A DNA stretch of 64,000 bases from Acidobacteriota bacterium. Lineage in GTDB: Bacteria > Acidobacteriota > Terriglobia > Bryobacterales > UBA6623. This document shows, piece by piece, positions 26,163 to 35,407 of the stretch (positions within the stretch are counted from its first letter, which is position 1; the number at the start of each line of letters is the position of its first letter). The notes below the pieces were generated by a model. It was not told the origin of the DNA. It searched no databases and saw only the letters and a list, made by a program, of their open reading frames with translations. The translations under genes and the position numbers were made by a program. The stretch covers positions 96-64,095 of the forward strand of contig JAQCLD010000003.1 of assembly GCA_027592785.1 (NCBI GenBank), read 5' to 3'.

Positions 26163-28615
26163 CCGTGGCCAGCAACTGGATGCTCGCCCTCGCCCTGCTG
26201 CCGCTCGCCTGGGCCGCGTGGGAATGGCGCGCCTCCCGCCGCCGCGCGGCCCTGCTGCTCAAAGCAATATCGTTCTCGATCATTCTGCTGGCCCTCGCGG
26301 AGCCGCGCTGGCAATCGTTTGAACAGCGCTCGGGCATTGCCATCTTGGTCGACGCCTCGGCCAGCATTCCCGCCGAACAGCTGGCCCTGGAGCGGCAGCT
26401 CGCCGGGCGCATCGAAGAAGCCGCTGCGGACTCGGTCGTGCGCGTCATCGACTTCGATTCCGGCGTCCGCCGCGTCGCCGATGTTCCCGCCGACGCCAAT
26501 CCCACTTCGGGCACCGATCTCGAGCTCGCGATTCAAGGGGCCCTCTCCGCTCTGCCGCCCGACCGCGCCCCGCGCATCGCCCTGCTGTCGGACGGTCTGG
26601 AAAACCTCGGCGTCGTCGAACGCGCCGTCGAACAGGCCCGCCAACGCGGCGTGCCGATCGACACGATCTCGCTGCCTGGGCGCAGCGCTCCGCAGCTTCA
26701 ACTGCTGGCCGCCGACGCTCCAGCTCAGGTCTATTCCGGGGAGCTGTTCCCCATCGATTTCGCCATCGAAAGCCCCTCGGAAGCCAACGTGGATATTCGT
26801 CTCGAAGCCGATGGAGTCTCCATCGGATCGTCGCAAGGACATCTGCGCCCCGGCACAAACTACCTGCGCGCCCAGGCCCGTCTGCGCTCCAACGGCGCCG
26901 TACTCATCAGCGGCGTCATCGACGGCGGCCCGGCCGGCGAACTCGCCTTTGCCCGCGCCCTGCGCATGGCCCAACCGCGCGCACTGGTGCTTACCGACTC
27001 CGCCAGCGGCGGTCACATCGAAAGCGTTCTGCAGGCCTCGGATTTTGAGATCGACTTGCGCCGCCGCAATGACGCTCCGTTGCGGCAAGCCTACGACCTG
27101 GTGGTCGCCGACAACCAAGATTTCGAGCACTGGCCGGCACGCTTCAAGACCGAGCTCGAAGCCTTCGTCTCATCCGGCGGCGGCTTCCTGCTGGTCGCCG
27201 GCGAGCAGAACCTCTACGTCGAACACGTCGAGAACGCCGGCGATCCGCTCGAGCGCATGTTGCCCGCCAACCTCGCGCCGCCGCGCACGCCCGAAAGCAC
27301 GGCCGTTGTCCTGGTCCTCGACAAGTCTTCCTCGATGGAAGGCCGCAAGATGGACCTCGCCCGGCAATCCGCGATGGGCGTCGTCGACAATCTGCGCGAA
27401 GTCGACCAGGTCGGCGTGCTCGTCTTCGACAATACTTTCGAGTGGGCGATCCCCATCCGCACCAATGACGACCCACGCCATCTCAAGCAACTCATTGCCG
27501 GCGTCATCGCCGACGGCGGAACCCAGATCGCACCGGCCCTCAAAGAGGCCTTCGAGAACATCCTGCCGCGCCAAGCCGTCTACCGCCACATCCTGCTGCT
27601 CACCGACGGCATCTCTGAAGAAGGCGACAGCCTGCAAGTCGCCAAGCTAGCTGTCGACCAAACAGTTACCATCTCCACTATCGGGCTGGGACGCGACGTC
27701 AACCGCTCCTACCTCGAGCGCATCGCCGAAACCGCCCTGGGACGCTTCTACGCCGTGCTCGACGTCTCCCAATTGGCCCAAGTCGTCCTCCGTGACGTGC
27801 TCGAACACACCGGCTCCTCACTCTCCGAACAGGAGTTCCGACCGCTCGTGCTGCAGGACGTCGACCTGCTCGAAGGCGTCTCGCTCAGCTCCGCCGGCCC
27901 CCTGCTGGGACGGGTCCGCTTCGAGAGCAAGCCCTCTGCGGAAACCATCCTCGCCGTTGACGACGAAGAGCGTGACCCCTTGCTGGTTCGCTGGCAGTAC
28001 GGCGTCGGACGAGCCGCCGTTTTCACTTCAGACGCACGTGACCGCTGGGCCTCCAACTGGACAACCTGGGACGGCTTCGACCGCTTCTGGGGAAACATCG
28101 CCCGCGATCTTCTGCCCCGTACGCCCCGCGAACAAGTCGACGTCAATTTCGAACGCGCCTCGCGCGAGCTCGTCGCCGTCTATCACCCCGCGGGCGATGC
28201 TCCGACCGAGTTGCCGCTGATGTTGATCTCTGGCCCCAACGGCTTCCGCGCCACCGCCCAAGTCGAGCGCGTCTCGGCCGGCGTCTATGAATGCCGGGCC
28301 GCTATTGGCGATCGCTTTGGCCTGTTCCGCGCGCGCTCCGCTGAGCCGGTCGACGGCTTTCCCGAGGCAGGTCTCTACCGTCAAAACGATGAGCTGGCGA
28401 CCTACGGCTCGGACCCCGATCTGCTGCGGCGCATCGCCGCGGCCACCGGCGGACTGTTCAACCCCACGCCCGAGCAGACCGCTGCGGCCAACCCGCCCGC
28501 CGTACGCACCCAATTCGACCTGTGGCCCTGGCTGCTCTTGTTGGGCCTCGTGCTGAACCTCGCCGAAGTCGCCGGCCGCAAAGGCTGGCTGCCCTGGCTC
28601 GGCCGCTGGCTCTAG
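26159..28615 (+). CDS. Membrane-anchored VWA-domain protein (BatB-like) with a class-I amidotransferase-like module
   Basis: The track ORF extends to 25985. I prefer the TTG at 26159, which has GGAGG 7 nt upstream and a 4-nt overlap with the previous stop. Alternatives are GTG 26165 and ATG 26180. It has a BatA_N-like start, a VWA MIDAS motif VVLVLDKSSSMEG...LLLTDG, and a C-terminal TM. Confidence 0.85.
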   Translation: MTVASNWMLALALLPLAWAAWEWRASRRRAALLLKAISFSIILLALAEPRWQSFEQRSGIAILVDASASIPAEQLALERQLAGRIEEAAADSVVRVIDFDSGVRRVADVPADANPTSGTDLELAIQGALSALPPDRAPRIALLSDGLENLGVVERAVEQARQRGVPIDTISLPGRSAPQLQLLAADAPAQVYSGELFPIDFAIESPSEANVDIRLEADGVSIGSSQGHLRPGTNYLRAQARLRSNGAVLISGVIDGGPAGELAFARALRMAQPRALVLTDSASGGHIESVLQASDFEIDLRRRNDAPLRQAYDLVVADNQDFEHWPARFKTELEAFVSSGGGFLLVAGEQNLYVEHVENAGDPLERMLPANLAPPRTPESTAVVLVLDKSSSMEGRKMDLARQSAMGVVDNLREVDQVGVLVFDNTFEWAIPIRTNDDPRHLKQLIAGVIADGGTQIAPALKEAFENILPRQAVYRHILLLTDGISEEGDSLQVAKLAVDQTVTISTIGLGRDVNRSYLERIAETALGRFYAVLDVSQLAQVVLRDVLEHTGSSLSEQEFRPLVLQDVDLLEGVSLSSAGPLLGRVRFESKPSAETILAVDDEERDPLLVRWQYGVGRAAVFTSDARDRWASNWTTWDGFDRFWGNIARDLLPRTPREQVDVNFERASRELVAVYHPAGDAPTELPLMLISGPNGFRATAQVERVSAGVYECRAAIGDRFGLFRARSAEPVDGFPEAGLYRQNDELATYGSDPDLLRRIAAATGGLFNPTPEQTAAANPPAVRTQFDLWPWLLLLGLVLNLAEVAGRKGWLPWLGRWL

Positions 28616-28661
28616 GACTCTACTCTAACGCCCGAATCTCGGCCTCTTCGCCGTCCGCCGT

Positions 28662-31127
28662 TCATTCGCCGTTGATCGCTCGGACCGGGTCAATTCTGCT
28701 GGCTCGCCGGGCCGGAACAGCGGAGGCGGTCGCGACGACCAGCGCCAAGAGCAGAGCGACAGCGCCGATCACCATCGGGTCCAGAGCACTCACGCCGTAC
28801 ACCTCGTTTGCCATGACCTTGCGCAGGACGACCGCCCCAACTACTCCGAGCACGAGGCCTGCACTGGCTAGTCGCACTCCTTCCGTCATCACCATCTTGA
28901 CGATGTTCACCGATGTACTCCCGAGCGCCACCCGGATGCCGATCTCTCGCCGACGTTGTGCGACGTAGTAGGCTAACAGTCCGTAGATTCCGATGGCAGA
29001 CAGAAACAGCGCGACGGCGCCAAAAGCGATTGCTAGGGTCATCGTCGTTCGCCGGGAAGACAACGAAAGCTGCGCGCGCTCGGACATGGTCTGAACGTCG
29101 AAGAGCGCTAATTCGGGATCGATACGTGCCATCTCCGTTCTTACGCCCTCCAGAGTCGCCTCAGGTGCCCCTGCTGTCTTGACAGCGAACGTGAAGAACC
29201 CTGCCGGCGATTGATCAAGAGAAGTGTAGTAGGCTCCGACTGGGCTTCCCGTCCCAGCCAGATCGTCGAGGCGAACCGTCCGTACGACTCCGACTACGGT
29301 CAACCAACGAGTATTCTCGTTGGTTTCCAGAAGCTTCTCAGCGCTCTGCGGTTGGAACATACGTTGTCCGACAGGGTTCTGGCCAGGCCAAAACCGATTG
29401 GCGAGGCGTTCGTCCACGATGATGGCTGGCGTCGCCGTTTCGTCGTCGCGATCACTGAAGTAGCGGCCCTTCACCAGGGCGATCTCCAACGCCTCAAAGT
29501 AGCCCGGAGTCACTCGGAGTTGCCGGGGAGAGATCACGGATTCGCCAGGCCTCATTTGGTAGCCCTCAGGAAAGATGACGCTATCGCTGTGATTGCTCCC
29601 AAAGGGGATGGCGGTCGTACCCCCCGCTTCTGCAACCCCCGGTATGGCGCGGATCGCAGCTAGGGACCGCCGCATCAGCTCGCGAAGTTCCTTGTCTCCC
29701 GCGTACTTACTTGAAGGCGCACTCACGGAAAGCGTGGCCACGCGGTCGGTGCTGAACCCCGGGTCTACTCGCAGGAGCTGGCGAAAACTGCTAAACAGTA
29801 GGCCCGCGCCAAGCAGAAGCACGAAGGCTGCGCCGACCTGCGTGACGACGAGCGCCTGGCGCACCCGGTTGGTACTCCGGCTACTCGTGCCGCTTCGTCC
29901 GTCATCGAGCAGCGCGCGGCTCAGGGCGACGCGAAAAGACTGCGCAAGCGGCGCGCATCCGATGAGAAGGCCGACGACTGCCGCCAGCGCCAGAGAGGCT
30001 AAGACGACCGACGCTTCCATCCGTATCTCGCTTGCGCGCGGGAGGTGCTCAAGTCCGAATATTTGCAGCCCGCTCAACAATGCTGCGCCCAAGCCGACGC
30101 CCAACACTCCTCCGGCTATGGCCGCCAGTATGTTCTCGACGATGCATTGCCGTAAGACCTGGGGGCCGCTGGCCCCTAGGGCCTGGCGTGTCGCTAGCTC
30201 TTTGCGCTTCTGGGTCAGCCGCACCAACGCCAGGTTGGCGATATTGAGGCCGCCGATCAGCAGCACGAACAAGGCGCCGCCCCACAGCAAGTACAGAATA
30301 CTCTCCACATCTCCGACGATCATTTCTTGCAGCGGCAGAACTTTCGTGTGGAACCCAGCGTCGATCAGGACCTGACGCAGTTCTGGGAGCAGCTCCAGGT
30401 TTGCCGCATTCAACGCGTCGACTTGCGTTTGCGCCTGCGCGAGCGTAGCGCCACGTTTGAGGCGACCGATGTTGTACCAGTTGTTGCTGTGATGGCCTTG
30501 TTTCTCTTCCGGCGTGAAGGCGAGCGGTGTCCAGAGTTTTACATCCGGGTCGACGAACGTGAAGTCTCGTGGCATCACGCCGACGATGGTGTGTGGCCGA
30601 CCGCTCAAACGCAGGTCGCCCCCAATCGCAGCGTGGTCTCCACCGTAAAGCAGTTGCCAAAGCCCGTAGCTGAGGATGACCTTACCTTCGGCGCCTTTCT
30701 CGCCTTCCTCGTCCTCAAAAGTCCTGCCCAGCGATGGCGGCACGCGCAAAAGTCGGAACAGCGACGGCGTAGCGCTCATGGCGTCAACTCTCTGCGGTGT
30801 TCCGTCGATCTCGACCGTCTGGCCGCCCCTCCGAAACATCGCCTGGTCGTCGAACACGGAGACATCCCGCAACCGATCGTAGTAATCGCCCGCCGCGCTG
30901 TTGTCGGAATCGCCCGCACCGGCTCCGGGGTATCGGTTGGCCATCAACAGGATTGAGTCCGACTCCGGAACCGGCAACGGATTCAAGAGGACGGAATTGA
31001 CGATGCTAAAGGTTGCGGTGTTGGCGGCGATGCATACGGCCAGGGTCGCAATGATGGTCGCCGAGAATGCCTTGTCCCGGGCCAACGACCGGGCGCCGTA
31101 GCGGATGTCGCGTAAGAGCTGATGCAC
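28662..31127 (-). CDS. ADOP-family duplicated FtsX/MacB-like permease
   Basis: 821 aa ORF. N-terminus MHQLLRDIRYGARSLARDKAFSATIIATLAVCIA. It has two MacB periplasmic plus FtsX 4-TM halves, ending SRIDPVRAINGE. Confidence 0.9.
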   Translation of the reverse strand: MHQLLRDIRYGARSLARDKAFSATIIATLAVCIAANTATFSIVNSVLLNPLPVPESDSILLMANRYPGAGAGDSDNSAAGDYYDRLRDVSVFDDQAMFRRGGQTVEIDGTPQRVDAMSATPSLFRLLRVPPSLGRTFEDEEGEKGAEGKVILSYGLWQLLYGGDHAAIGGDLRLSGRPHTIVGVMPRDFTFVDPDVKLWTPLAFTPEEKQGHHSNNWYNIGRLKRGATLAQAQTQVDALNAANLELLPELRQVLIDAGFHTKVLPLQEMIVGDVESILYLLWGGALFVLLIGGLNIANLALVRLTQKRKELATRQALGASGPQVLRQCIVENILAAIAGGVLGVGLGAALLSGLQIFGLEHLPRASEIRMEASVVLASLALAAVVGLLIGCAPLAQSFRVALSRALLDDGRSGTSSRSTNRVRQALVVTQVGAAFVLLLGAGLLFSSFRQLLRVDPGFSTDRVATLSVSAPSSKYAGDKELRELMRRSLAAIRAIPGVAEAGGTTAIPFGSNHSDSVIFPEGYQMRPGESVISPRQLRVTPGYFEALEIALVKGRYFSDRDDETATPAIIVDERLANRFWPGQNPVGQRMFQPQSAEKLLETNENTRWLTVVGVVRTVRLDDLAGTGSPVGAYYTSLDQSPAGFFTFAVKTAGAPEATLEGVRTEMARIDPELALFDVQTMSERAQLSLSSRRTTMTLAIAFGAVALFLSAIGIYGLLAYYVAQRRREIGIRVALGSTSVNIVKMVMTEGVRLASAGLVLGVVGAVVLRKVMANEVYGVSALDPMVIGAVALLLALVVATASAVPARRASRIDPVRAINGE

Positions 31128-31592
31128 GGCTGAGTACTGTCCCTTGGACAGGATACGGGATTAGTTGCTGTGCGGTTCCCTTTGGAACATCATGCGGTTC
31201 CAGCGCTGCCCCATTTGTCGCACGCCAGCAGTCTACAAGTCCGAGTACGGGCTACTACTCCCGCCGTCGCCGAGTCTCATGCCAGGAAAATTGAGACGCC
31301 ATACTACATCTGAATCAGAAGATCCTTGGCTGGGCGAGATACGGTCAGAGGCTCCACTGCAGTGGGAAACAGGGCCTCGGGCGTGCGGTCAGGGCCAGAC
31401 GAGCCGCAGCGTAAGAGCGATACAGGCACTAGAGTCGGCCCCAAGACATCTCCGGTTCCCCGCTTGGAAGGGAATCCAACCTTTGGGCGTTGGCCTTCAA
31501 ATAGGAAATTCGCCAATCCGGCGCCCCAACCCTCTTCGCAACGCCAAACTACGTCTAAATATGCGGGTGTTCCCCCATGTTTGCCCCTCTCC

Positions 31593-31612
31593 ACGCGATC
31601 AAACGCGATCAA
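31593..31612. repeat. Tandem 10-nt direct repeat (ACGCGATCAA x2)
   Basis: Read directly. It is followed by a partial third copy and then TTGACA at 31618-31623, about 70 nt upstream of the TAT-subunit gene. Confidence 0.85.
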
Positions 31613-31688
31613 ACGCCTTGACAATGCCCGCCCAACGTGATTTCCTTCAGGCGGCGACTCTCTTTCGCTGCCGTCGCCCGAGGACAAC

Positions 31689-32255
31689 ATGAGCACCCTA
31701 AAACCGTCACGCCGCGCTTTACTGATCGGATCTGCCTCGGCCTGGTTCGCCGCCCACTACGTCGACATCGTCTCCGCCCAAAACCACGTCCAGGCCAGCG
31801 GCGCGGATCGCGGCTTCGCATTTTTCACGCCCGAGCAAGCAGCCGAAGTCGAAGCGATGGCCGCGCAGATCATCCCGACCGATGCAACACCCGGCGCGCG
31901 CGAAGCCCGCGTCATCCAGTTCATCGATCGGGCGCTCGTCACCTTCGACAGTGGAAACCAATCGGCCTACAGCGACGGATTGAAAGAGCTCGCCTCACAA
32001 ACCGCACAGCGCTTCGCAGGCAAGACTAAATTCTCCGCGCTCAGTGGTCCGCAGCAGGTCGAACTGCTCACCGCCATCGAAGAGACTTCTTTCTTCAACC
32101 TCGTGCGCACCCACACGATCACCGGCTTTTTCGCAGCCCCTGCTCACGGCGGCAACCACGACAAAGTCGGCTGGGAATTGGTCGGCTACAACGACTCGCT
32201 CGACCACTCCCCGCCTTTCGGCTACTACGACGCTTTACCTGAATCGCAACGCTAA
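31689..32255 (+). CDS. Gluconate 2-dehydrogenase subunit 3-like TAT-signal protein
   Basis: 188 aa ORF with a twin-arginine leader PSRRALLIGSASAWFA. It lies immediately upstream of a GMC flavoprotein, which is the usual pairing. Confidence 0.82.
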   Translation: MSTLKPSRRALLIGSASAWFAAHYVDIVSAQNHVQASGADRGFAFFTPEQAAEVEAMAAQIIPTDATPGAREARVIQFIDRALVTFDSGNQSAYSDGLKELASQTAQRFAGKTKFSALSGPQQVELLTAIEETSFFNLVRTHTITGFFAAPAHGGNHDKVGWELVGYNDSLDHSPPFGYYDALPESQR

Positions 32256-32272
32256 TCGGAGCCCACGACGTC

Positions 32273-33943
32273 ATGCAAACCTACACGCCAAACACTGAAG
32301 TGGATTTCATCGTCATCGGCTCCGGAGCCGCAGGCGGCATCATGGCCAAGGAACTCTCCGTCGCCGGCTTCTCCGTCGTCGTTCTTGAGCAAGGCGGCTG
32401 GGGCAAGTACGGGCACGAGCAGGACTACACCAAGGATGAACTGCTCAACGACAACCCGGCGCCCGAAGACCGCCTGATGAGCGACCGCTCTCGCCAACCC
32501 AACACCTTCCGCCGGACAGATAAAGACAACGCCAGGCCCGGCAGCCACGGCTACGGCTGCGTCGTCGGCGGCGGCACCGTCACCTACGGCGGCAGCAGTT
32601 GGCGGCACCTGCCGTACGAGTTCAATGAAGCCAGCCACGTCGGCACGATCGCTGGCACAGGTCTGGCCGATTGGCCCATTTCGTACGACGAAATTGAGCC
32701 CTACTACACGAAAGCCGAGTGGGAAATGGGCATTTCCGGACAACGCCTCAATACGCCTTTCGTTGCGCCGATGTCGAAGGACTATCCGGTGCCGCCGGTG
32801 CCAGAGAAATCTTCCGGCGCCGCGTTCAAGATCGCCGCCAAAAAGCTGGGGCTCACTGTGGTTCCCGGACCGTTGGCCATCATTACTAGCGGCTACATGG
32901 GCCGTGCTGCCTGCACCAACTGCGGTTCGTGCTCGGGCTATGGTTGCCACGTTCGCGCGCGCTCAAGCTCCGCCGTCACCATGCTGCCCATCGCCGTCGC
33001 TACCGGCAAATGTGAGATTCGCCCCAACAGCTACGTCCGCGAAATCACCGTCGACAGCCGCGGGCGGGTCACCGGCGCCACCTACTTTGACAAGGACAAG
33101 CGCGAGGTTACTCAAAAAGCCAAGGCCGTCGTACTCTCCGCGAACGCTTCCGAATCGGCGCGCTTGTTACTGTTGTCCAAGTCCAACCGCTTTCCGAACG
33201 GTCTCGCTAATTCCAGCGGCGTCGTCGGTCGATATCTCATGACGGGCAACGGCGTCGGCGCCAGCGGCCTGTTGGAGCATCGGCTGAACGACTACAAGGG
33301 CGTAGTCTCGGGAACCGGCATCGTCGACTATGTGCCCTCCGACCCTGCACGCGGATTCTACGGCGGCGGCCGCATGACGTCGCGCGGATTCGACGACCCC
33401 ATCAGCTACGGCCTGCGCGGGCTCATGCCCGGCGCGCCGCGTTGGGGCGCCGGCTACAAGCAGGCCCTGCGCGAGCAAGCCGGACACAAGATCGCCGTTT
33501 CTTGTTTCATCACCCAGTTGCCGCTTGAGAGCAACCGCGTCGATCTCGATCCCGACGTCAAAGACGACTGGGGCCTGCCGGCGATGCGCCTCACCTTGCA
33601 AAGCCATCCCGACGACATGAAGAATGCGGAATTCTTTCGCCAGAAATCCATTGAAGTGCTCGAAGCCGCTGGGGCGAAGAACATCGTCGCTCCCCCGGTC
33701 CGCGACAGCACGGGCGGCGCTCACAATCGCGGCACCTGCCGTATGGGCAACGATCCGAAGACCTCCGTCGTCGATAAGTTCCATCGTGCTCACGACGTGC
33801 CGAACTTGTTCGTCGTGGACGGCAGCAACCTCGTTACCGGAGGCCGCAACCACCCGACCATGACGATCCAAGCGCTCGCCTTCCGCGCTGCCGAACATCT
33901 CGTTCGCTCAGCCAAGAAGGGCGACAGCAGCAGCGGCGGCTAG
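32273..33943 (+). CDS. GMC-family FAD-dependent oxidoreductase
   Basis: 556 aa ORF. FAD-binding start VDFIVIGSGAAGGIMAKEL, and the C-terminal GMC block GTCRMGNDPKTSVVD...NLFVVDGS. Confidence 0.92.
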   Translation: MQTYTPNTEVDFIVIGSGAAGGIMAKELSVAGFSVVVLEQGGWGKYGHEQDYTKDELLNDNPAPEDRLMSDRSRQPNTFRRTDKDNARPGSHGYGCVVGGGTVTYGGSSWRHLPYEFNEASHVGTIAGTGLADWPISYDEIEPYYTKAEWEMGISGQRLNTPFVAPMSKDYPVPPVPEKSSGAAFKIAAKKLGLTVVPGPLAIITSGYMGRAACTNCGSCSGYGCHVRARSSSAVTMLPIAVATGKCEIRPNSYVREITVDSRGRVTGATYFDKDKREVTQKAKAVVLSANASESARLLLLSKSNRFPNGLANSSGVVGRYLMTGNGVGASGLLEHRLNDYKGVVSGTGIVDYVPSDPARGFYGGGRMTSRGFDDPISYGLRGLMPGAPRWGAGYKQALREQAGHKIAVSCFITQLPLESNRVDLDPDVKDDWGLPAMRLTLQSHPDDMKNAEFFRQKSIEVLEAAGAKNIVAPPVRDSTGGAHNRGTCRMGNDPKTSVVDKFHRAHDVPNLFVVDGSNLVTGGRNHPTMTIQALAFRAAEHLVRSAKKGDSSSGG

Positions 33944-35380
33944 CTACAGATTCGGTTTCTTCTTCGCCAATGCGACGTGCTCGACGAGCAGTTTCTTCAA
34001 CTCGGCCACGGTCGCCCGCATATGTGGCGCCAGGGCCAAGTTGACGAACTCTTTGGGATCGTTCCAGTGATCGTAGAGCTCGGCGCCGAGTTTGCCGTCT
34101 TCGCCCCATTCGGTATAGCGCCAGCGCTCCGTGCGCAGCGAGTACCCGACAGCCCGCGGCCGTAGCGGCGGTTTATTGACCCGGTCGTTCGTATCGAATG
34201 TGGTCAACGCCGTTTCGCGCACCTTCGCCGTCGGGTCCGCCAGCACAGGCACGAGACTCTTGCCCACGAGATGTTTCGGCGCTTTTAGGCCGGCTAGCTC
34301 GGCTAACGTCGGGTAGAGATCCACCAACTCTGCTAACGAATTCGTCGGTAGCCCCGCCGTCTTGCGATGTTTCGGCGACGCGATCATGAGCGGCACGCGC
34401 GCCGAGTTCTCGAATAGCGTGGTCTTCTGCCAAAGCTGGTGTTCGCCCATGTGATAGCCGTGGTCGGACCAAAAAACGATGATCGTGTTGTCGGCCAGTC
34501 CCAACTCCTCAACCGCATCCAAGATGCGCCCCAGTTGCGCATCCATGAACGAGATCGACGCCCAATACGCCTGCATCGCCTCGCGTTTCTTCTCGTCGCT
34601 CAAATAGAGCTGATAGGGACGATCCACCCATGCCGAATGAGGCACGTCCACAAGATCGTTCGGCGGCTCTACCGGCAAGCGGATCATCTGCAGCGGATAC
34701 ATGTCAAAGTATTTGCGCGGCGCCACATAGGGCGTATGCGGACGGTAGAAGCCCATCGCGACAAAGAATGGCTGGTCCCTGTGGTCGGCCATCAACTGGA
34801 TCGCCGCACTGGCCCCGATACCGTCTGTCTGCTCCTCGTCGCTCCCGTCCTGCGCCATCCAACTCAACGTGCCGCCCATGCTGTGGTTCACTGGATCAAT
34901 CGAATAGATCTGGTCTTCTTCGATCTTGTCGCGGCCGCGCGGGTTGACGACTTCATCCCACGAGGCCTCATCGTCCATTCCGCTTGTGCCGATCTGCAGA
35001 GGCACGCCGTAGTGAAAGATCTTGCCGACGCGGGCAGCGAAATATCCTGCTTCGCGAAACATCTGCGGCAGCGTTTTCACGTTCGGCAGCACATCGCGAA
35101 AAAACTTCTGGTTGTTGCGAACCCCGGTCTGATCGGGGTACAGGCCGGTCATCAACGAGGCCCGGCTAGGGTTGCAAACCGGGTAGTTGCAGTAAGCCTG
35201 CTCGAACTTGGCGCCCATGCGAGCCAGGCGGTCGAAGTTCGGCGTCTTGACCAGCGGGTGGCCGTACGTGCCGAGATCATTGTTCAGATCGTCGGCGGCG
35301 ATGAACAGGACGTTCATCTTCTGTTGCGCCGAGCAAACCCCGGCTAGACAAACAACGAAAAGGATCAAACATCGTGACAT
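33944..35380 (-). CDS. Formylglycine-type sulfatase (iduronate-2-sulfatase-like)
   Basis: 478 aa ORF with a signal peptide. It contains NVLFIAADDLN and the CxPSR motif PVCNPSRASLMTGLYP. Its stop codon abuts the GMC stop (TAGCTA at 33941-33946). Confidence 0.93.
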   Translation of the reverse strand: MSRCLILFVVCLAGVCSAQQKMNVLFIAADDLNNDLGTYGHPLVKTPNFDRLARMGAKFEQAYCNYPVCNPSRASLMTGLYPDQTGVRNNQKFFRDVLPNVKTLPQMFREAGYFAARVGKIFHYGVPLQIGTSGMDDEASWDEVVNPRGRDKIEEDQIYSIDPVNHSMGGTLSWMAQDGSDEEQTDGIGASAAIQLMADHRDQPFFVAMGFYRPHTPYVAPRKYFDMYPLQMIRLPVEPPNDLVDVPHSAWVDRPYQLYLSDEKKREAMQAYWASISFMDAQLGRILDAVEELGLADNTIIVFWSDHGYHMGEHQLWQKTTLFENSARVPLMIASPKHRKTAGLPTNSLAELVDLYPTLAELAGLKAPKHLVGKSLVPVLADPTAKVRETALTTFDTNDRVNKPPLRPRAVGYSLRTERWRYTEWGEDGKLGAELYDHWNDPKEFVNLALAPHMRATVAELKKLLVEHVALAKKKPNL

Positions 35381-35407
35381 GCCGAAGAAGTTAGCAGAAT
35401 CGGGCCG

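Noticed and set aside
31165-31692. 175-aa plus-strand ORF, and the 130-aa minus-strand ORF (31304-31696), in the ADOP upstream spacer
   Set aside because: Their composition is Pro/Arg/Ser-rich. They have no RBS or family motif, the two overlap each other, and neither resembles the PadR regulator expected at this position.
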